Shown here in pieces: positions 9,639-19,147 of a DNA stretch of 64,000 nt. The translations under genes and the position numbers were made by a program. Positions within the stretch are counted from its first letter, which is position 1, and the number at the start of each line of letters is the position of its first letter. Source of the DNA: Candidatus Shapirobacteria bacterium (GTDB taxonomy: Bacteria > Patescibacteriota > Microgenomatia > UBA12405 > BS750m-G30); contig JBDRHA010000011.1 in the NCBI GenBank assembly GCA_043817235.1, forward strand, positions 107,467 to 171,466, in the 5' to 3' direction. The notes beneath the pieces were generated by a model. The model saw only the letters and a list, made by a program, of their open reading frames with translations. It was not told where the DNA came from and searched no databases.

Positions 9639-9850
9639 CTTGTGTTCTCCTTTTCTTTTTTTTTGAGTACTCGGGACAACAACGCCGGCTTGCCAAGCCT
9701 TTAGGCAATTCCTCCTTTTAAGGTGCATAAAAAAAGAAAGGTTTTTTAGGGAAATCGCAATTGACTTCCCCTTGCCTTTCTTTTAATTCCTCTGTTTTTG
9801 AGAAACAAAAGAAATCCTATTATTATATACTAAGACTCATTTTACTTCTC

Positions 9851-9905
9851 GGGAACCGGGGGCTTGTTTGTCAAAAATCGACAAAAACAAAGCCGCCCGG
9901 CTCCC
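9851..9905. repeat. 55-bp hairpin-forming repeat, copy 2
   Basis: Perfect 55/55 identity with 8376-8430; lies between the two BMP genes. Confidence 0.9.
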
Positions 9906-9929
9906 AAAAGCACCTTAATCTGAAGGCTA

Positions 9930-11023
9930 CTACGGAGCGCCCACCACCCCCTCTACGAACCAACTCATGGAAAGCATGTCAGCGTCGCTCATGCACTGGC
10001 CGGAAGCGATTGCTAGAGCACCGTCCTGGCTATTGATAGGACCGCAGAAGACGTCCCACTCGCCACTGAGGATGACCTGCTCGCGCTCTTCCACCAGGTC
10101 CGCCACATCGACCGGCACACGCTCGCTCAGATCAGCCAGGGCCACGATGCCATCATTCATGCTGCCCCAGTACTGGTGCGTCTCCCAACTTCCATCGAGC
10201 ACGGCCTGCACCTGCCGCACGTAGTAGGGACCCCAATTCCACATGGGGCTGGTCAACACCGTGTCGCCCACGAACTCACGCATATCCGAGTCGTAGCCGA
10301 TGCTCAAGGCCCCGCGGTCGGCGGCGGCCTTCTGGGGTTCGGTGGTGTCCTGATGTTGAGCGATGATGTCAGCGCCCACATCGAGCAGCCCTTCGGCGGC
10401 TTCCTTCTCCAGGACCGGGTCGAACCAGGTGTTGGTCCAGACCACGCGCACCTCGGCTTCGGGATTGGCCTCGCGCACACCCAGGGTGAAAGCGTTGATG
10501 CCGCGCACAACCTCAGGGATGGGGAAGGCGGCGACATAGCCAATGATGTTGGAATGGGTCATGCGGCCAGCCACCAGACCAGAGAGGTAGCGGGGCTGGT
10601 ACATACGGCAAAGTAAGTAGCGGCGTTGTCCAGCGTCTTGTAGCCGGAGCAGTGCATGAAGACCACGTTGGGGTACTCGGCGGCGACGTTGACCGTCGGG
10701 TCCATGAACCCAAACGAGGTGGTGAAAATGACGTCGTAGCCTCGTTGGGCGAAGTCGCGGATGACCCGTTCGGCATCCGGGCCTTCGGGCACGTTTTCGA
10801 TGTAGGTGGTTTCGACTTGATCGCCGAAGGTTGCTTCGACCTGCAGTCGACCTTGCTCGTGGGCCCAGGTCCAGCCGAGGTCACCGATAGGGGCGACGTA
10901 GACGAAGGCTACTCTGAGAACCTCCGCCTCAGGGGCAGGAGCCGCGGGCTGAGCCACTGGCGGCGCGCAACCAACTATCAACGCTAGAATCACGACAACT
11001 AGCAAAGCCAAATTCTTCTTCAT
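9930..11023 (-). pseudogene. BMP-family substrate-binding lipoprotein gene split by a frameshift near 10600-10660
   Basis: N-terminal piece 10559-11023 (MKKNLALLVVVILALIVGC lipobox, RBS CTCCTT at 11032) and C-terminal piece 9930-10604 are in different frames. The concatenation reads as one BMP protein (...KTLDNAATYFA / RMYQPRYLSGLVAGRM...). Confidence 0.55.
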
Positions 11024-11095
11024 CTTTCTTCTCCTTAAGAATTATTGAGATGAGACAGAGGTGCGATGTTCTGCACCTCTGTCTTTGCGAAACTC

Positions 11096-13033
11096 CTACC
11101 GCACGACCTCCCTGCATTCCCCGGTGGTCACGTTGACGAATCCGGAGGGGCAGTCCTCGAAGGGAGCCACGAGCACCCACTTCCAAGGCTGGCAGGTCAG
11201 GGTTTGGAACCGTGCCGATTCGGCACTTTGGAGCGCGGCTGAACTATATGCCGGGCTCTCCACTGGCAGGTAGGAGAGCCATTCCAGTCCGGCGGCGGAC
11301 TCCCAGAAAGCCTCGAAATCCTCGGCTACCTCATGCGCGGGTCGCGACGACATGAGCCCGCCGATCTCCAACTGGACATAGTCCACTACCTCGCCACCCG
11401 AGACCAGGACATAGCCGCCGTTGATGGAGGCCAGGTAGTTGACGGCCTGAGCCATGGCCTCGTCGCTGGTGCCCATCACCTGGACGTTGTGATTATCGTG
11501 CGCCTCGCTCAGGGCGAAGGCCGTATCCGGCGTGGCCGGACCGACGTCGCGCCAGAACATGCAGGCCACCGGATCTGCTAGCGCATTGTAGCGGTCGACG
11601 ATGCAGAACTTGCTGACCTTGTTGGCGACGTCGCGCTGGACCGCTCCGTCTACCACCGGCAGCTCGACTTCTGGGTAGGTGGGAGCGAAGTAGAACTGGC
11701 TTAAGACGGCGGCCATGGCCGTATTGCCTTCTGCCGCCACCACGAAATCGTCTGCCGTCACCTCGCGGCCGATGTTGATGGTGTCTTGCGCCCATTCTGG
11801 CCAGTCGACGGTCGGAATCTCGTAGACCAACTGGCCATCCACGCCGACGAGCTTGCCGGAGGCCCAGACTCTGTTGATATCGACGGTCTCCGGGTTGCGC
11901 AAGAGCACGACATGGGCATACCGCCCGGGGGCGATGGAGCCCACCAGGTGCTCGAGATGCCAGTGACGTGCGGCCGTATAGGAGGCCGAGGCGTAGGCTG
12001 CCTCTACAGGGACGCCCAGCTGGATCGCCGTCCTGGTGTTGTAGTCCATGGTCCCCAGCTCCAGAGCCTCGTCCACGCTTCGGTCGTCCGTGGTCCAGGA
12101 CATGTTGGACCAGTCCTTCAGCCCCATCTTGATAAGGTAAGGAATGACCTTTCCCATGGAGCCTGTCCTGATTTGAATGAAGACCCCGTGGCGAAGCTTG
12201 TCCAAGACTTCGGCGCCTTCGCGAATCTCGTGATCGGATGACAGCCCGGCGGCTGCGAAGGCATTGATCTCATCGTAGGTGAACATGCGGCTGCCGTGGC
12301 CCTCGATCACCCCGTCTGCATCCCAGGTGGCTTGTAAGGCCTGCCACATGCGTTCGTATCCGGGCATCTCTGGGTTCCACACCGATGGCCAGTCCATGAC
12401 CTCGCCCAGTCCAATCACCCAGGGGTGGCTGTTCATGAGCTCCGTGACCGCATCGTAGTCGTAGTAACCCCCGGTGAACTCGAACGGCGTCGGCGGGATG
12501 GCCGAGCCTAGCTGTGGGAAAATGGTTAGTGGGCTGCCATTCTGGTGGGGAAGCAGCCACAATTCGGCGTTGTGGTCGCCATCCACGTTGCCAAACTCGT
12601 GCGATGCTTCTGCGATCCAGGTTGTCCCCTGCGGCAGAACCACTTCGGCTTCGCGGTCCGGCGAAAGATGGCTGGACTCGATGTGCTTGTGGGGTTCGCC
12701 GAACCCCGGCACCGCGTAGAGGCCGTAGGCGTCCACCGTTTCCGCGGCCGTTCCCGACCAGGCGCCGCGGGGACCCACCCAGGCAATCCGCTCGCCTTTG
12801 ATGACGATGTCCTGGCTGGGCATCCAGGTTAGGGTGTGGACGTCGAGGACCGTTGCACCGGAAATGATCAGGTCTGCTTCGGCCCTGCCCAGAGCGACCA
12901 GCACCAGCTCCTGGCGGACCTTCACTTCATCCGATGGGAAGTCTTGCCGGTCGAAGTCGGCTGCGGCAGGCAATGCCCCTGTCACAAGCAGTGCTGCCAA
13001 CAGCATTACACTTAGCAATGCTTTGTGTTTCAC
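11096..13033 (-). CDS. adenine deaminase family amidohydrolase with an N-terminal Sec signal peptide
   Basis: ISGATVLDVHT and PGFGEPHKHIESS and GLGEVMDWP match adenine deaminase motifs. The likely start is GTG at 13031-13033 preceded by AAGGAG, giving MKHKALLSVMLLAALLVTGALPAAADF. Confidence 0.6.
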   Translation of the reverse strand: MKHKALLSVMLLAALLVTGALPAAADFDRQDFPSDEVKVRQELVLVALGRAEADLIISGATVLDVHTLTWMPSQDIVIKGERIAWVGPRGAWSGTAAETVDAYGLYAVPGFGEPHKHIESSHLSPDREAEVVLPQGTTWIAEASHEFGNVDGDHNAELWLLPHQNGSPLTIFPQLGSAIPPTPFEFTGGYYDYDAVTELMNSHPWVIGLGEVMDWPSVWNPEMPGYERMWQALQATWDADGVIEGHGSRMFTYDEINAFAAAGLSSDHEIREGAEVLDKLRHGVFIQIRTGSMGKVIPYLIKMGLKDWSNMSWTTDDRSVDEALELGTMDYNTRTAIQLGVPVEAAYASASYTAARHWHLEHLVGSIAPGRYAHVVLLRNPETVDINRVWASGKLVGVDGQLVYEIPTVDWPEWAQDTINIGREVTADDFVVAAEGNTAMAAVLSQFYFAPTYPEVELPVVDGAVQRDVANKVSKFCIVDRYNALADPVACMFWRDVGPATPDTAFALSEAHDNHNVQVMGTSDEAMAQAVNYLASINGGYVLVSGGEVVDYVQLEIGGLMSSRPAHEVAEDFEAFWESAAGLEWLSYLPVESPAYSSAALQSAESARFQTLTCQPWKWVLVAPFEDCPSGFVNVTTGECREVVR

Positions 13034-13500
13034 GTTAATCTCCTTGTTGGTTGGTATATGGTGAATCGCGGTGTTGGCCAAGAACGCTTGGCGTTAACGC
13101 TGTCCTCTGCCTTCATCTGGTTGACTGCCAGATTAAGACAGTTCTTGCTTTTTTAAAAGCAAGACGAATATAGGAACAGCAGGAAGAAAAAACCACTAAA
13201 AATATTAATCTAATAATCTTTTTTTCCCGCTGTTCCTTTAGCCTTCAAATTGTTAAGGTGCTTTAAAAAAGTTCAGAGAAAAGCGCTTGAAAAAATCGCT
13301 TTTGATTTTTTTAGCTTTTTTCTCCAGTTTCCCTTTTTGGAAACAAAAAAACCCGGGATATATTTATCCCAGGTTCAGATTTTTTCCAAAACACAAAAAC
13401 GGTATTTGGTATGTGGCGCCCTGTTTCATTTATTTTATCTCCGGCAGGCCTTTGAGATACTATATTGTTTAAGCAAATATAGCTTTTTTCTAAAAGCTCG

Positions 13501-14061
13501 TCAAGACTCAGATTTGAAAATCGGCAAAGAAACTAGATATTCAAACGGCTCAAGTTCTTCAAATAATTTTTCTCCTTGTTTGACAATCGCCCCAAAAACG
13601 ACTATATCTGCTTCACACTTTTCCATTAATTTTTTCATCATTCGCATGGTCACACCGGTAGAAATAACATCGTCCACGATGGCTACTTTTTTTCCTTTGA
13701 TTAAATCCCGATCTAAGCCGTCAATTACTAGAGGCTTAACGTGTTTAGGAAAATGCGGCAAGGGTTTTAAAACCAAAGGATTAATCATATGCGGCTTGCG
13801 GCTTTTGCGGCAAATAACATAATGCTTATGGTTAAAAATGTTAGCCAGCTGATCAATTAAAGGTACTACTTTTACTTCCGGCCCCACTAGATAATCAAAA
13901 TCATATTTTTTTAGTTTCTTATAAAGCGCTTTGGCCGTCGCTCTAATCAGCAAAACATCTCCGGAAATGTTCAAACTGGCAATTTTAGTGTTCTTGCCAA
14001 TTCCGATTAAGGGCAATTTTCTTTGTAAACCGCAGATTGCAAGATCATAAAAATCTCTCAC
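13501..14061 (-). CDS. type I phosphoribosyltransferase (purine PRTase-like)
   Basis: PRPP-binding motif KVAIVDDVISTGVTM; 186 aa; low-GC native gene right beside the high-GC island. Confidence 0.6.
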   Translation of the reverse strand: MRDFYDLAICGLQRKLPLIGIGKNTKIASLNISGDVLLIRATAKALYKKLKKYDFDYLVGPEVKVVPLIDQLANIFNHKHYVICRKSRKPHMINPLVLKPLPHFPKHVKPLVIDGLDRDLIKGKKVAIVDDVISTGVTMRMMKKLMEKCEADIVVFGAIVKQGEKLFEELEPFEYLVSLPIFKSES

Positions 14062-14098
14062 CTAAAAGTATAACTTATTTTCTATAGTATAATAAAGA

Positions 14099-15124
14099 AT
14101 GACTCCTTGGATTCCAGTGATTATCGTGGTAATTAGTCTTGTTGGCGTAGGAATTTATATTGAAAGAAAATTTAAAAACTTAAGCTCCCAGGTTAAGCCA
14201 GACGAAACTTTAATAGAATGGCTCAAAAGCCAGCAACAAGATTGGCAAAAATCCCAGCAAGATTTTAATCAGACTTTGCGCTCTACCAACCAAAATATTC
14301 AGCAGGTTTTAACTGCCAGCACCCAATCTTTAAATAAAAGACTAGATAACGCAGCCCAATATATGTCTCAAGTAGCCAAAGAAGTCGGCCAAATGAGCGA
14401 AATTGGAAGGTCAATGAAGCAGCTCCAGGAATTCTTGCAAAGCCCAAAACTCCGAGGGAATATTGGCGAGGAAGTTTTAAAAGACTTAATTGGCCAAATG
14501 TTTCCAAAAAACAGCTTTCACTTGCAATATCAATTTAAAACCGGAGACAAAGTTGACGCCGCCCTAAACACCGAAGCCGGAATTTTGCCCATAGATTCTA
14601 AGTTTCCTATGGAAAACTTCCGCAAGTCTACTTCTGCCGAAAACAAAATAGAAAGAGCAAAATTCAAAAAAATATTCGCCTCGGACGTGAAAAAACATAT
14701 CAAGGCTGTTGCCAAAAAATATGTTCTTCCGGAAGAAGGAACTTTAGATTTTGCCCTGATGTATGTGCCTTCGGAAGCTGTTTATTATGAAGTAGTGAAT
14801 GAACCAGAAATAATAGAATTTGCCCGAAAGCTAAGAATTTATATAGTTTCCCCCAGTACCTTATATGCCGTTTTGCAAACTATTTTACTTTCTTTTGAAG
14901 GAAAGAGAATTGAGCAAGAAGCAAGGCAAGTTTTTCGCTTATTGCGCGCTATTCAGCAGGATTATCAGAAAACCGAAACGGAAATGTCGGTTCTTGGAAA
15001 ACATATTGGCAATGCTTACTCGAAAATGAACGAGGTCTTCCAAAGATTTTCTTTGCTGGGCCAAAAAATCAGCAGCGCTACTCAGCTTCCCCAAACAAAA
15101 GAAACCAAAAAGATTAAGAGCTGA
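14099..15124 (+). CDS. rmuC: DNA recombination protein RmuC
   Basis: N-terminal TM, Gln-rich coiled coil, C-terminal LKDLIGQMFPKNSFHLQYQFKTGDKVDAAL...LPIDSKFPMENF typical of RmuC. Confidence 0.7.
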   Translation: MTPWIPVIIVVISLVGVGIYIERKFKNLSSQVKPDETLIEWLKSQQQDWQKSQQDFNQTLRSTNQNIQQVLTASTQSLNKRLDNAAQYMSQVAKEVGQMSEIGRSMKQLQEFLQSPKLRGNIGEEVLKDLIGQMFPKNSFHLQYQFKTGDKVDAALNTEAGILPIDSKFPMENFRKSTSAENKIERAKFKKIFASDVKKHIKAVAKKYVLPEEGTLDFALMYVPSEAVYYEVVNEPEIIEFARKLRIYIVSPSTLYAVLQTILLSFEGKRIEQEARQVFRLLRAIQQDYQKTETEMSVLGKHIGNAYSKMNEVFQRFSLLGQKISSATQLPQTKETKKIKS

Positions 15125-15139
15125 TGATAAAATTAGCTG

Positions 15140-18100
15140 ATGACAATTAAGTTAAACCCTACCCAGAAAGAGGCGGTCAAACATGAAAAAGGCCCGCTTT
15201 TGATTATTGCCGGAGCCGGAACTGGAAAAACAACAGTAATTACCGAGCGAATCAAATGGCTTATTACCAAAAAAAACATTCTTCCTTCTCAAATCCTAGC
15301 TCTTACTTTTACTAATAAAGCCGCTTTGGAAATGGAAGAGAGGGTGGACTTAGCTTTACCCCTGGGCTATTCTAATATGTGGATTTCTACTTTTCATTCT
15401 TTTGGCGATAGAGTGTTGCGAGATGAGGCAGTGCATATCGGTCTTGATCCGAATTTTAAGCTCCTCTCCCAAGCCGAATCTCTGCTTTTTTTGCGAAAAA
15501 ATTTATTTAAGCTAAAACTAAATTACTTTAGGCCGGCCACTAACCCGACCAAGTTTTTAGACGCCTTACTTACCCATTTTGCCCGGCTGGCAGATGAATA
15601 CATCAGCCCTCAAGAATATTTAAATTTTGCCCAAAAACAAAAAGATAAAGCCGACACCAAGGAAGAGAAACTGGAAGCAAAAAAAAGCTTGGAGCTGGCT
15701 AATTGTTTTGCCCAATGCCAAATCTTGAAAGAAAAAAACGGATTTATGGACTTTAGTGACCTGATCAGCAACACCTTAGCTTTATTTAATAAGAGGCCAA
15801 ATATTTTGCGAAATTATCAGGAAAAATTTAAGCATGTTTTGGTGGACGAATTTCAAGATACAAATATTGCCCAAAACGAACTAATCAGTTTGCTTACCCT
15901 AAAGAAAGGAAATATTACAGTGGTAGCTGACGATGACCAATGTTTACCTGCCAATACTCTCATCGAAACCCCACAGGGACGAAAAAATATCAAAAATATT
16001 AAGACAGGAGATATGGTAATAACAGGCGTTGGTAAAGGCTATGTTTCTGCTAAAAAAGTAACTAAAAAATTTACTTCTAAAAAAACAGCAGACTTTCTGT
16101 CAGTAACAATGGAATGTGGAAAAAACCTAACATTAACAGCAAATCATCTAGTCTTCTGCTATACTCCACGTTTTTATACTAACAAAAAATGGTATTACAT
16201 CTATCTAATGGAAAATAAAGATTTGGGCTGGCGATTAGGAGTAACTCATGATCTTGTCCAAAGGCTTAAGTTGGAAAGAAGCGCGGATAGGATTATTGCG
16301 ATTAAAGCCTGTAAAACTAATCAGGAAGCTCATTATTGGGAATCTTACTATTCATTAAAATATAAAATACCTACCGTTTGCTTTAAAGAAAGAGGAAATC
16401 TTATCGCCGGCGAATGGCTTAAAAAGCTTTATTCGGCAATTGACAGCAAAAAGGGAGCAATTAATTTAGCAAATGATCTTCAAATTGAACTTAGCAGACA
16501 TCATTATTGCCTAGATGCAGTGAATCGAGGAAGCAAGAAAAGAACGAAAGTAAATCTCTATTTATGCCTGAGAAAACATCGAATTAAGAAACATTTAAAA
16601 AATAATATTCTCATCAATCCCAAGATAGTTCATCAAGTCGGAATCACCACCTCAAATAAAAGAGTCATTAATATTGTCAGATCTTTAGGACTAGATATGA
16701 CGAAAGGCAAAAAGAACACCAAAGCCTTTAGAAAGCAGTTTAGCTCCTTCATTGAAGCCGGAAAATTTGCGCGATATCTTGCAGACAGCACTAAGGCAAT
16801 TTTGGACATTAAAACTGCAATCGCAACTAAAAACGGTATTTCTAAACAAGCAAGAGTTATGCCTGCAAGCAATCTCGTCGAGGGCATATATTTACCCATA
16901 TTAAAAAATAATAATATTGTTTACGACGAAATCGTCGCAATCTCTAGAAAAAGAAAAACACAAACTGTTTATGATTTAGAGATAGAAGACAGCCATAATT
17001 TCATCGCCAATCAAATCGTTGTTCATAATTCTATTTATAAGTGGCGCGGAGCAGCAATTTCCAATGTGCTTCAATTTAAAAAGAATTTTCCAAAAACTAA
17101 GATAATTACCCTTAATCAAAACTATCGCTCTACTCAGGAAATTTTAGATCGCGCTTATCAGCTCATCCAGAACAATAACCCGGACCGGCTGGAAGTTAAA
17201 GAAAGAATCAATAAAAAACTCAAAGCAGTTCGCCCAATTAAAGGAAAACCAATAGAACTTATTTTTACTCCCAGAGCAGAGCAGGAGGCAGAAGAGGTGG
17301 CTATAAGAATTAAAAAACTAGTTAGCCGGAAATATGAGCCAAGAGATGTTGCTATTTTAGTCAGAGCCAACAGCCAAGCCGAATCTTTTACTCGCGCCCT
17401 TTCCCGTAACAATATTCCCTATCAATTTTTAGGCCCAGGCCAGCTTTTTCGCCAGCCGGAAATTAAAAACTTGATTTCTTATCTTAAGATTCTTACTAAT
17501 CCGGAAGATAATGTAGCCCTTTTTCGCTTAAGCAATTTGCCTGTTTTTAAAATCTGGGCACGCGATTTAGCTTTTAGCAATAGCTTTGCTAAAAAGAATA
17601 ACCTATCCCTTTTTGAAGCCTTTGAAAAAATTAGTCAAAAAAAGAAAAAAAATGAGGAATTAAATCTCCCTTCATTTGCCAAGGTTAGCCAGAACGGAAT
17701 AAAAAAATTGGTCAAAATAGTTTATCGCCATTGGAAACTTGTTTCCAAAGAGTCGGGCGGCCAGCTGCTTTACTATTTTTTAGAACAAACCAAGCTCTTA
17801 GAACAGTATTTAAAACCGGAAACAGAAAATCAACAGCTGGCCGCCCTAAATATTGCCAAATTTTTCGATAAAATAAAAAGCTTTGAAGCTCAAAATAAGG
17901 AAACCCTAGCAGGGGATTTATTAGACTGGATTACCCTAAGAATGGAAATGGGAGAAAGCCCGCAGGCCTCAGAAATTGATTGGACAAACTATAATGCTGT
18001 AAATATTATCACTATTCACTCGGCCAAAGGCCTTGAGTTTCCGATTGTCTTTCTGGTTAACCTGGTCAACCGCCGCTTTCCCACTGATAAAAGAAGGGAA

Positions 18101-19147
18101 GCTATTCCCATCCCCCAGCCACTAATCAAGGAAATCCTACCTAAGGGAGATTACCACCTACAAGAAGAGCGCCGGCTTTTTTATGTCGGGCTTACCCGAG
18201 CCAAAGACCAAGTCTTTTTAACTGCTGCCAAAGTGTATCCAGAAAGAAAGCTGGAAAAGAAACTTTCAATTTTTGTGAACGAAACCCTAGGCGATCAAAA
18301 AGAAAGGTCAATATTAAACGAGAAAAGCTCATCCTTAGCCGAATGGGAAAAAGAAAAGCAAGTGGAAAAAGCACCTGTTCTAAATCCACCCGTGAGCTTT
18401 CTTTCCTATTCTCAAATTGATGCTTTTGACATTTGTCCCCGGCAATATCAATATAAATACGCCCTAAGAATAACTACTCCCCCTTCGGCTACCCAAACCT
18501 TTGGCAGTATCGTCCACCAAACCTTAAAAGCTTTCTGCCAAAAACAAATTGCCGCAAACCACAAGCTTAAGCAGGAAGAATTATTAAAATTACTTTCCCA
18601 AAGCTGGATTTCCCGGGGATTTAAAAGCAAACTGGAAGAAAAAAAAGCCAAGCAAAATGCGGCTAAGATGTTAAAAAATTACTATCAAAAGGGCTTTAAT
18701 TATCAAAACGTAGACCAGGTTATGGCCCTAGAACAGTCCTTTAATTTTAAAATCACACCCGGTTTAAAAATTGGGGGGATTATTGACCGAGTAGACAATT
18801 TGAAAAACAATCAAATAGAAATTATTGATTATAAAACAGGAGCCAGAATACCCAAGCAAAAAGACGTTGACGGAAACGACCAGCTTACTCTTTATGCTTT
18901 AGCGGCCAGCTCGCTTAAAGATCTAAGCTTTTATCGGCCCTTAAACAAAATTATTCTTTCTCTATATTTTTTGGATCAAGGGAAAAAACTAAGCAGTAAG
19001 CGCACACCCAGCCAAATTGGTAAATTTAAGGAAAAAATAATTAACCTGGCTAAAGAACTGGAAAAAACCAACTTCCCTTCCCAGCCGAACACGCCTTTTC
19101 CTTGTGATTTCTGTGAATACAAGCTTCTTTGCGACGCCTGGCACTAA
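15140..19147 (+). CDS. UvrD-family helicase fused to a C-terminal Cas4/AddB-like PD-(D/E)xK FeS nuclease; intein-interrupted
   Basis: Walker A AGAGTGKTT, motif II VLVDEFQDTN, motif III split as VVADDDQ/.../SIYKWRGA. C-terminus has DICPRQY...IDYKTG...CDFCEYKLLC (Cas4-like nuclease with a 4-Cys cluster). Confidence 0.8.
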   Translation: MTIKLNPTQKEAVKHEKGPLLIIAGAGTGKTTVITERIKWLITKKNILPSQILALTFTNKAALEMEERVDLALPLGYSNMWISTFHSFGDRVLRDEAVHIGLDPNFKLLSQAESLLFLRKNLFKLKLNYFRPATNPTKFLDALLTHFARLADEYISPQEYLNFAQKQKDKADTKEEKLEAKKSLELANCFAQCQILKEKNGFMDFSDLISNTLALFNKRPNILRNYQEKFKHVLVDEFQDTNIAQNELISLLTLKKGNITVVADDDQCLPANTLIETPQGRKNIKNIKTGDMVITGVGKGYVSAKKVTKKFTSKKTADFLSVTMECGKNLTLTANHLVFCYTPRFYTNKKWYYIYLMENKDLGWRLGVTHDLVQRLKLERSADRIIAIKACKTNQEAHYWESYYSLKYKIPTVCFKERGNLIAGEWLKKLYSAIDSKKGAINLANDLQIELSRHHYCLDAVNRGSKKRTKVNLYLCLRKHRIKKHLKNNILINPKIVHQVGITTSNKRVINIVRSLGLDMTKGKKNTKAFRKQFSSFIEAGKFARYLADSTKAILDIKTAIATKNGISKQARVMPASNLVEGIYLPILKNNNIVYDEIVAISRKRKTQTVYDLEIEDSHNFIANQIVVHNSIYKWRGAAISNVLQFKKNFPKTKIITLNQNYRSTQEILDRAYQLIQNNNPDRLEVKERINKKLKAVRPIKGKPIELIFTPRAEQEAEEVAIRIKKLVSRKYEPRDVAILVRANSQAESFTRALSRNNIPYQFLGPGQLFRQPEIKNLISYLKILTNPEDNVALFRLSNLPVFKIWARDLAFSNSFAKKNNLSLFEAFEKISQKKKKNEELNLPSFAKVSQNGIKKLVKIVYRHWKLVSKESGGQLLYYFLEQTKLLEQYLKPETENQQLAALNIAKFFDKIKSFEAQNKETLAGDLLDWITLRMEMGESPQASEIDWTNYNAVNIITIHSAKGLEFPIVFLVNLVNRRFPTDKRREAIPIPQPLIKEILPKGDYHLQEERRLFYVGLTRAKDQVFLTAAKVYPERKLEKKLSIFVNETLGDQKERSILNEKSSSLAEWEKEKQVEKAPVLNPPVSFLSYSQIDAFDICPRQYQYKYALRITTPPSATQTFGSIVHQTLKAFCQKQIAANHKLKQEELLKLLSQSWISRGFKSKLEEKKAKQNAAKMLKNYYQKGFNYQNVDQVMALEQSFNFKITPGLKIGGIIDRVDNLKNNQIEIIDYKTGARIPKQKDVDGNDQLTLYALAASSLKDLSFYRPLNKIILSLYFLDQGKKLSSKRTPSQIGKFKEKIINLAKELEKTNFPSQPNTPFPCDFCEYKLLCDAWH
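15941..17029 (+). mobile_element. intein (363 aa) inserted in helicase motif III
   Basis: Starts with Cys (CLPANTLIETPQGRKNIKNIKTGDMV, block A) right after DDDQ. Ends ...VYDLEIEDSHNFIANQIVVHN followed by Ser (block G, HN+S). The host motif SIYKWRGA resumes in frame. Confidence 0.75.

Noticed and set aside
8575-12832. Many overlapping ORFs on both strands inside the high-GC island (e.g. 8575-8895, 8625-8885, 8982-9260, 9025-9390, 9340-9708, 10176-10616, 10304-10543, 10513-10884, 10652-10987, 11333-11581, 11493-11795, 11786-12241, 12270-12560, 12474-12832)
   Set aside because: High-GC DNA generates long spurious stop-free frames. These overlap and lie antisense or out of frame to the BMP and adenine-deaminase genes, which carry the coherent family motifs, RBSs and signal peptides.
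13250-13822. ORFs 13250-13822 (+) and 13287-13472 (+)
   Set aside because: Low-complexity translations; the first overlaps the well-supported PRTase gene on the opposite strand; 13240-13500 looks like hairpin-rich intergenic DNA.
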